A stretch of 64,000 nt of DNA from Spirochaetia bacterium (lineage in GTDB: Bacteria > Spirochaetota > Spirochaetia > DSM-27196 > Salinispiraceae). Positions 57,669 to 64,000 of this stretch are shown piece by piece (the stretch's first letter is position 1; each line of letters starts with the position of its first letter). The stretch covers positions 32,001-96,000 of the forward strand of contig JBBRCZ010000007.1 in the NCBI GenBank assembly GCA_038204425.1, written 5' to 3'. A program made the translations under genes and the position numbers. The notes beneath the pieces were generated by a model. That model was not told the origin of the DNA. It saw nothing but the letters and a program-made list of their open reading frames with translations, and did not search any database.

Positions 57669-58466
57669 ATGGACAGCAAGCGTTCCCTCACGCGCAGTAT
57701 TTTTTTGGCAGTTGGCACATTTTTTTTGTTTCATCTGGCTGTTTTTAGTTTAGTGTTTGTCGGCTACCAAATGGCCACTGACTATCTGCTTTGGTACCTT
57801 GCCAGTTCATTGGGTCTTCATCTGGCTTTGCTGGTGGTCTTATTGCTTTCTCGCAAAGACTTTTATCTTATCAGCGATGGCAGCCATCTTTCTCGCGTCA
57901 ATAGTGCCAACTTGCTCACTATGTTTCGCATCACAAGCCTACCTTCCATGCTGGCCCTGCTTGGCACCGTGCGTGTCTATCCGGTGGTTGTTTTTCTGGT
58001 CGCCTATACGGTGCTGGCCTTTGTAACCGACTACTTGGATGGTTACGTTGCGCGGCGTTTTGGCCAAGGCACTCGCGCTGGCCAGTACCTGGATAGCATG
58101 AGCGACTACGCGATCCTAATTGCTATTGCCTTTGCGTTTGCTCAGTTTGGCTTGGTAACGCAATGGTTCTTTATTTTTGTACTGGCACGCTTCTTTATCC
58201 AATGGGGCCTAATGTGTATTTTGTTCTTGGTTCTCAAAGACAAGATGGAACCGCGCACTTCGCTCTTGGGTAAGGGCTCGGTGTTTATGACGATGATAGT
58301 TTTTGCTTGTTATTTACTCAAACTGTTTGCTTGGTTTGACCCGATTCTTCCCTATCTATTTATACTAGAGTTATTTACTGCCGGCGTTTTAATCGTGAGC
58401 ATGATAGAAAAGTTTATAGTCTTTGCGCGCGACCTACGCAACGCCACTAAAACAGCTAAAGTCTAA
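57669..58466 (+). CDS. CDP-alcohol phosphatidyltransferase with extra N-terminal TM segments
   Basis: ANLLTMFR; DYLDGYVARR...GQYLDSMSD signature. Confidence 0.92.
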   Translation: MDSKRSLTRSIFLAVGTFFLFHLAVFSLVFVGYQMATDYLLWYLASSLGLHLALLVVLLLSRKDFYLISDGSHLSRVNSANLLTMFRITSLPSMLALLGTVRVYPVVVFLVAYTVLAFVTDYLDGYVARRFGQGTRAGQYLDSMSDYAILIAIAFAFAQFGLVTQWFFIFVLARFFIQWGLMCILFLVLKDKMEPRTSLLGKGSVFMTMIVFACYLLKLFAWFDPILPYLFILELFTAGVLIVSMIEKFIVFARDLRNATKTAKV

Positions 58467-58761
58467 GTCCGGCTTTTGCCAAAATTCCGTCATGGTCATC
58501 GAGCCTCAATCCTTCTTGGCGCTCTTTAAAGTAAGAGTACAAGACCTGGTAGCTTTTGAGCTTTTTGACCAAGATCCAACGTATCATTTGGTTTTTTGCT
58601 GCCAAACTGGCAAACTCATAGTGTCGATTGCGGCCACCTTCTGGACTCAGACCCCAACGCACCGTCAGCGAAAAAGGTGCAAAGAGCTGCGACTGCCTGT
58701 CGTCAATTGAGTAGTAGTGTTTGCGGCCATCAGGCTCAGTTCGATACAGAATTACCAACAT
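58456..58761 (-). CDS. Standalone WGR-like domain protein
   Basis: HYYSI...QLFAPFSLTVRWG...KSYQ pattern. Confidence 0.65.
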   Translation of the reverse strand: MLVILYRTEPDGRKHYYSIDDRQSQLFAPFSLTVRWGLSPEGGRNRHYEFASLAAKNQMIRWILVKKLKSYQVLYSYFKERQEGLRLDDHDGILAKAGLRL

Positions 58762-58806
58762 CTTACTTGAGCATCGGCAGGTTTGAGTCTGCGCCCAAGA
58801 TCATGA

Positions 58807-59646
58807 CTATTTTTTCTTCTCAAAGCGAGTAGCTGCTGTTGCGTAGATATTCCAAACATGGCCGTCCATACGCCTTTGATCCAAGACTAGCTTTTTTGCC
58901 TGAGCTTGCCATGACTCTGGAAGTCCCGCAAAATCTTCTTGGCTGTACAAGCCTAGCCAGTCAGGGCCGTAGATCAGACGCAGAGCACCCTGAGGGTTAA
59001 ATCGCAGTTGGTAAAGCACGAGTTCAGTATCCGCTGTCCAAGCAAGACTTTTGCTCTCTTGGCGATAGTCCAAGTTCCAAACCCACTTTTGCACGGTTGG
59101 CTGAGCTTGAGCTTCGCCCGTCAGCCCTTGGCCGGTACCCTCTTGATTAAGCGCTAAGGAAACACTTGCAATCGGTCGGTCGCCAGCCTCAGCTGTCACT
59201 GCTTTCATAGAAAGAGAAGCCAGGTTCGACTGAAACAGGGCTGCACTCACAAACCAAAGCGTGAGCACAAGGAAAAGACTTGGCCACCATAGCCATGTCA
59301 AAAGCGTGGAAACTAGTGCCGTAGACAAAAAACATAAGATCAGCCAGACCCAGGCTGGCTCTGTTTTGGCAAACAGGATTGCCATGGTCAGCACAGCGCC
59401 ACAGGCCAGCGCCATTAGCACCATTGACAAACCGCGCCATACCGAGCCTGGGGGTGCAGAGTTTGGCACCCGATCTAAACTGGCGCCAAGCCCAGACAAG
59501 CGCGCCAGACCACGGCTACGGCGTAGTATCAAGATAGCTTTGATACTAAAACCCAATCCTGCGCCAGCGCAAAGGCCAGCTAGACTGGCCCAAAATTCGG
59601 CCTGACTGGCTAGTCGAACTATGGCTTGCAAAAAATCAGAGATCAT
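58807..59646 (-). CDS. Hypothetical membrane protein
   Basis: About 4 TM segments plus a soluble tail; overlaps the M32 stop. Confidence 0.65.
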   Translation of the reverse strand: MISDFLQAIVRLASQAEFWASLAGLCAGAGLGFSIKAILILRRSRGLARLSGLGASLDRVPNSAPPGSVWRGLSMVLMALACGAVLTMAILFAKTEPAWVWLILCFLSTALVSTLLTWLWWPSLFLVLTLWFVSAALFQSNLASLSMKAVTAEAGDRPIASVSLALNQEGTGQGLTGEAQAQPTVQKWVWNLDYRQESKSLAWTADTELVLYQLRFNPQGALRLIYGPDWLGLYSQEDFAGLPESWQAQAKKLVLDQRRMDGHVWNIYATAATRFEKKK

Positions 59647-61186
59647 ACAGTTGAGTATACTTACGATTGAGGTAATTCATAAACGGTTGATGATCCAAAC
59701 GCACCCCACAAACTTCTTGTACCAACTCTGATGGCAATACAGCCGCTCCAGGTTGATGAATCTTGCTGCACAGCCAGTTCTTGAGCGGTAAGAATTGACC
59801 TTGTCCCACCTGGGCCTCCAAGTCTGGAATGTCATAGCTGGCTTGTTGGTAAAACATGGCAGCATAAAGGTTGCCCAAGGCATAGGTGGGAAAGTAGCCA
59901 ATGCTGCCCATCGACCAGTGAATGTCTTGCAAAACACCTTGGCTATCAGTCGGTGGAACTATGCCCAGCAGTTGGCGGCTTTTTTCTCGCCAGGCCTCAC
60001 TGAGATCCTTGACCTCAAGCTCACCACGCATAATGCCAAGCTCCAATTCAAAGCGCAGCATTACATGCAGACTGTAGGTTACCTCGTCAGCGTCAACGCG
60101 AATAAAGCTGGCCTTGACCCTGTTGGCTGCTTGGTAGATTTCTTGCAGACTGAGTCCAGCAGTCTCGGGCAAAAAGTTTTGTAGTTGTGGCAAAAAGTGG
60201 CCCCAGAAGGCACGACTTCGGCCAACCATATTCTCCCAAAGCCGCGACTGGCTCTCGTGAATGCCAAGCGAGCAGCCGTTTGATAGCATTAGGTGCAAAT
60301 CAGGGTGCACGCCAAGTTCGTAAAGCGCATGTCCTGCCTCGTGAACTATGCTCGATATGCCGGCAAAGAAGTTTTTTTGGTCATAACGCGTAGTGATACG
60401 CACATCTTTACGGCCCACCGTTGTGGTAAAAGGGTGTGCAGATACATCCAGCCGCCCACTATCTGTTGGGTAGTGCATAGCTGCGAGAATAGCCCTACCA
60501 AGTTGTTCCTGGCCAGCTTGCAAAAAGTTTTTGCCAGCTAGCGCATCAAAAGCATAAGCAGGTGAGCTCGACTTTTGCCCGATAGCCGCCACCAAAGGCA
60601 CCAGTTGCTCGCGCATTTTTGAAAACACGGTGGCTATTTCTGCAGCGCCCATGCCCGGTTCGTACTCGTCAAGCAGCGCATCATAGGCTTCGGCGCCGCC
60701 CCCAACGAGACTAGCTTCTTGCCGTTTGAGTTCTATCAGTTTTGAGAGGTAAGGTGCAAAATGAGCAAAGTCATTGGCATGTCGGGCCTTGATCCAGTTA
60801 GCTTGACCAAGACTTGCCGCAACCGACAACTGACTCACAAAGTCGGCATTTAAACAGGCCGCTCGCCGGTGGCTGCGCCCGAGAGAGCGCAACAAACGTT
60901 GGTCTGCCCAGCTAAGCTGCTGCGTGCCAAAAGGCCTTGCTGGGCTTGCACCCAGCTCGTCCAAACAACGCGCCATTTCGTCTCCAGCCAAGCGCTCATG
61001 CATCAAGCGCGCCAAGAGTGCCTGCTGCTGGGCGCGTTCATCAAGAGCGGCTTCGGGCATATAGGTTTCTTGATCCCAGCCAAGTAAAGACGAACTATGG
61101 CTCAAGAGGCCAATTTCATCAGCAAGTTGGGCTGCCCGCTTGAGAGCAGCTGGGGCATCTCCTGCGTGTTTATAACGTTGACTCAT
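59636..61186 (-). CDS. M32 carboxypeptidase
   Basis: [42 protein letters not shown]. Confidence 0.96.
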   Translation of the reverse strand: MSQRYKHAGDAPAALKRAAQLADEIGLLSHSSSLLGWDQETYMPEAALDERAQQQALLARLMHERLAGDEMARCLDELGASPARPFGTQQLSWADQRLLRSLGRSHRRAACLNADFVSQLSVAASLGQANWIKARHANDFAHFAPYLSKLIELKRQEASLVGGGAEAYDALLDEYEPGMGAAEIATVFSKMREQLVPLVAAIGQKSSSPAYAFDALAGKNFLQAGQEQLGRAILAAMHYPTDSGRLDVSAHPFTTTVGRKDVRITTRYDQKNFFAGISSIVHEAGHALYELGVHPDLHLMLSNGCSLGIHESQSRLWENMVGRSRAFWGHFLPQLQNFLPETAGLSLQEIYQAANRVKASFIRVDADEVTYSLHVMLRFELELGIMRGELEVKDLSEAWREKSRQLLGIVPPTDSQGVLQDIHWSMGSIGYFPTYALGNLYAAMFYQQASYDIPDLEAQVGQGQFLPLKNWLCSKIHQPGAAVLPSELVQEVCGVRLDHQPFMNYLNRKYTQLYDL

Positions 61187-62964
61187 AACAGTTTAAGTCC
61201 TTCTTTGCTAGCAATTTTGTCTTTGGCGAGCACTATAAAATCACTCAGGGCAACAGCATTGGCCTGTTCATTGGTGCGGGTTCGGATAGAGACAGTGCCC
61301 GTCTCAAGTTCCTTGGCACCGATGATGAGCATGTAGGGCACTTTGACGGCCTGATGCTTACGGATTTTGTTCTGCATCCTGTCCTCGCTGAGATCAGCTA
61401 GGCAACGCAAGCCCTCGGCCTTAAGCGCTTCAGCAATCTTTTGTGCACCAGCCTCAAAGTCAGGCCCGACTGGAATTACCACAACTTGGGTAGGAGCCAA
61501 CCAAACCGGAAACGAACCAGAAAAGTGTTCAATCAAAATTCCAATAAAACGTTCAAGGCTTCCCAAGACGGCGCGATGCAGCATAACTGGGTTGCGTCTC
61601 ACGCCTTCGTTGTCTATGTAGCCAGCGTCCAGTCTTTCCTTGCTGGGCAGTTGATAGTCCAATTGGATGGTACCGCACTGCCACTTGCGCCCCAAGGCAT
61701 CAATCAAAGTAAACTCAAGTTTGGGACCGTAGAAGGCACCCTCCCCAGGGGCTTCAAGATAGTCAAACCCTGCCGCTTTACAAGCTAAGCCAAGCGCAGA
61801 CTCCGCTCTATCCCAGCTTTGGTCGTCGCCTAAGCGGACCTCTGGTCGCAGGGCAAGCCTAACCAAGACGTTCTCGCCAGTAAATCCAAAATCCGCATAC
61901 ATTGAACTCAAAAGTTCACAAAAATCTTTAACTTCGGTTTGGACTTGTTCTTCAGTACAAAAAATATGGGCGTCATCTTGCACAAATCCCCTAACCCGCA
62001 TGATGCCATGTAAGGCCCCCGAGGCTTCGTTGCGACAACAACTGCCAAATTCTGCCATGCGCAACGGCAAGTCACGATAGCTCTTGATACCTTGGCGAAA
62101 AATCTCAATATGGCCTGGGCAGTTCATCGGCTTAAGCGCAAACTCACGCTTTTCGCTTTCGGTAACAAACATATGGTCGCGGTACTTTGCCCAGTGGCCA
62201 GATCGCTCCCAAAGGCTCTTGGGCATAACCGAGGGAGTTTTGACCTCCTGATAGTTAGCAATGCGCAAACGGTTGCGCACGTAGTCTTCTATGCTGCGGT
62301 AAATTGTCCAGCCGTCCGGATGCCAGTAAATTTGCCCTGGATTGTCGTCGTCGATATGAAACAAGTCCAAGTCTTTGCCCAGCCGTCTATGATCACGACG
62401 TTCGGCTTCTTCCAAAAATTGCAGGTATTCTTTGAGCTGTGGACCATTGTGAAAACAGTAGGCATAGATTCGTTGTAGCATCGGGCCTTTTTCGTCACCA
62501 CGCCAGTAGGCGCCTGCAATCTTGGCCAGCTTAAAACTGCCGCTATCCAGCACGCCCATGTTGTCCACATGAGGCCCGCGACAAAGGTCGACAAAAGCGT
62601 TGCTGTAGTAGAGGCTAATTTCTTCGTCATCAGGTAGCTTGTCCAGCAGATCTTGTTTGTAAATTTGTCCTTCAAGAACCTGTCGTGCCTCGGCCTTGCT
62701 GACCGCCTTGCGTATAAAATCAGAACGAGTTTTGATGATTTCCTTCATCTTAAGCTCAATGGCTTCAAGATCCTCGGGCTTGAGACTGCGTGACAGCTCA
62801 AAGTCGTAGTAAAAACCGTTGTCCACTGGCGGACCTATGGCTATCTGGCCATCTGGAAATAGTTGTAGGACAGCTTCGGCCATAATGTGAGCCAGGCTAT
62901 GACGTTTTTTGTAGAGCGCTTCATCTTTGGCAAGGCGTTCTTGGGCGGCATGAGTTAAAGCCAT
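61183..62964 (-). CDS. thrS: Threonyl-tRNA synthetase, short form lacking the TGS domain
   Basis: [44 protein letters not shown] at 62964 with GGAGG SD. Confidence 0.98.
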   Translation of the reverse strand: MALTHAAQERLAKDEALYKKRHSLAHIMAEAVLQLFPDGQIAIGPPVDNGFYYDFELSRSLKPEDLEAIELKMKEIIKTRSDFIRKAVSKAEARQVLEGQIYKQDLLDKLPDDEEISLYYSNAFVDLCRGPHVDNMGVLDSGSFKLAKIAGAYWRGDEKGPMLQRIYAYCFHNGPQLKEYLQFLEEAERRDHRRLGKDLDLFHIDDDNPGQIYWHPDGWTIYRSIEDYVRNRLRIANYQEVKTPSVMPKSLWERSGHWAKYRDHMFVTESEKREFALKPMNCPGHIEIFRQGIKSYRDLPLRMAEFGSCCRNEASGALHGIMRVRGFVQDDAHIFCTEEQVQTEVKDFCELLSSMYADFGFTGENVLVRLALRPEVRLGDDQSWDRAESALGLACKAAGFDYLEAPGEGAFYGPKLEFTLIDALGRKWQCGTIQLDYQLPSKERLDAGYIDNEGVRRNPVMLHRAVLGSLERFIGILIEHFSGSFPVWLAPTQVVVIPVGPDFEAGAQKIAEALKAEGLRCLADLSEDRMQNKIRKHQAVKVPYMLIIGAKELETGTVSIRTRTNEQANAVALSDFIVLAKDKIASKEGLKLL

Positions 62965-63290
62965 GCGAGACCTCCTCGTGCACCTAGTGCACACAGCAAA
63001 TGCTGCGTAAGGACGAAGAACAAAGTCCTCCGCGGTCCCACCTTACTTCAAAACAGGCTCGATACCTGCCGCCCTCGTCGTCTGTTACGTAGACCAACGG
63101 TCTCCCATACTCGGCATGCACAACCGTTCTATCAGATCCAACAGTAAGCAAGCGCCTTTGAGCGAGACAGCTCTGGAGTGGTTTTGGCTTCTATCGTTCC
63201 CAAGTCCCTTCCAGCCACTTGTGCACTGCGCACAACCTGGGAACTCTCTCTCGCGGGTCGTTTTAGAGCTACTCTTCTCCTTCGTAGCCG
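62965..63290 (-). ncRNA. T-box riboswitch with Thr specifier ACC
   Basis: Stem I with GA motif, AGTA, AG bulge and GCTGGAA loop; specifier ACC at 63182-63180; Stem II AGTA; CCGTTG box; T-box AAGGTGGGACCGCG at 63044-63031 with 3' arm CGTCCTT. Confidence 0.92.
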
Positions 63291-63299
63291 ATAAGGCCT

Positions 63300-63328
63300 A
63301 TAGTAACCCTACGAGGCGAGACTGGCAA
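63300..63328 (-). promoter_or_regulatory. sigma70-type promoter for the T-box/thrS transcript
   Basis: TTGCCA, 17 bp, TACTAT, just upstream of Stem I. Confidence 0.7.
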
Positions 63329-63420
63329 GCCACCTGTTTAGACACTACAATTAGACGTAATGGATCTTTACCGTATCGTTATTCGATGATATGCTACGGT
63401 GCTCGGAGGGGTTGTACTTC

Positions 63421-64000
63421 ATGAAGACTGTCATTTTTAGCAGCAAAGAAGCAGAAATCAAGGATGTTCTGCTGCTCTCAACCTCGTTTGACATCAAACT
63501 ATTTACAGAAAAAGTCTACTTTGCAGAAAATGAAGCCGATGCCGACTTGGTGATTGTAATTGACAAGGATGTCTACGACGTTCTGCCTGCCAATCTCATT
63601 ACCGCCATTACAACCAGAATTCGCAAAACACCGTGTCTGGTTTTGGTACATTTCAGGATGGCAAGCGAGCAATCTGAGCCCTACAAAGAACTTGGACTCA
63701 GCCTCTTTCACTATGAAAAAGGCTCGCCTGTTTCGCAAGAAAACCTAATTACCCAGATCGAAAGTTTGGCGGAACGCACCACTTTGTACCGGCGCCTGGA
63801 TTCATATATTCGCGACTCGTTTAGAGACATAGTAGACTCGAGTCTGCTACAAAAACAAAAAGAAGAAATTGAACTGCTCAACCGCAAACTGGAATACATT
63901 AGCCGCGTCGATCACCTTACCAACCTGCTCAATCGCCGAGCATTGCTCGAAGCTTTTGAACTAGAAAAAAGACGCGCTCTGCGCAATCGCTGGCGCCTCA
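63421..64000 (+). CDS. Probable GGDEF diguanylate cyclase, runs off the right edge
   Basis: Not in the ORF track; translated by hand (MKTVIFSSKE...KEEIELLNRKLEYISRVDHLTNLLNRRALL). Coiled coil plus the DxLT-NRR entry motif; GGAGG SD. The GGDEF motif itself lies outside the window. Confidence 0.8.
   Translation, partial: MKTVIFSSKEAEIKDVLLLSTSFDIKLFTEKVYFAENEADADLVIVIDKDVYDVLPANLITAITTRIRKTPCLVLVHFRMASEQSEPYKELGLSLFHYEKGSPVSQENLITQIESLAERTTLYRRLDSYIRDSFRDIVDSSLLQKQKEEIELLNRKLEYISRVDHLTNLLNRRALLEAFELEKRRALRNRWRL

Noticed and set aside
58461..58480. Partial similarity (AAAAGCCGGACTT, minus strand) to the 18-bp repeat region
   Set aside because: Too short and mismatched, and inside coding sequence, so likely chance.
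63323..63337. TGGCA motif as a sigma54 promoter for the GGDEF gene
   Set aside because: The -12 GC is absent, and the sequence fits the -35 element of thrS on the other strand.
63116..63424. 102-aa plus-strand ORF
   Set aside because: Overlaps the T-box and its promoter on the opposite strand and has no protein features.

Overview
This is a gene-dense chromosomal segment, most likely from a spirochaete. The main evidence is the murG-cvpA-DNA pol III delta'-hk2-rrp2 gene order known from Borrelia and Treponema, supported by many lipoproteins and a eukaryote-type hexokinase. I found no rRNA, tRNA, CRISPR array, transposase or integrase. Contents in order: a partial secreted protein, bcp, a pbpC/alpha-2-macroglobulin pair, an oppABCDF operon, an HD-GYP-like protein, a caspase-family lipoprotein, an acyltransferase, a GH3, a MATE with a DtxR-like regulator, a probable LPP20-like pseudogene, an oxidoreductase/unknown/SMR trio, a divergent GH63-like and multidomain secreted glycoside hydrolase pair, a kinase, rlmD, hexokinase, purM, an OFA-type MFS, an ITPase, PilZ, the rrp2/hk2 operon, phoU-phoB-phoR, uvrB, an M32 carboxypeptidase, thrS and a partial GGDEF gene. 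The most notable observations are: (1) a complete Thr (ACC) T-box riboswitch that lacks a terminator and appears to act by sequestering the Shine-Dalgarno site; (2) a repeated promoter geometry implying leaderless mRNAs; (3) Opp ATPases that both lack catalytic motifs; (4) an MFS gene bracketed by 18-bp direct repeats; (5) a binding-protein/sensor-MFS pair inserted into the conserved murG-rrp2 operon; (6) a DtxR homolog missing its primary metal site. All calls come from reading motifs by eye; no database searches were run.
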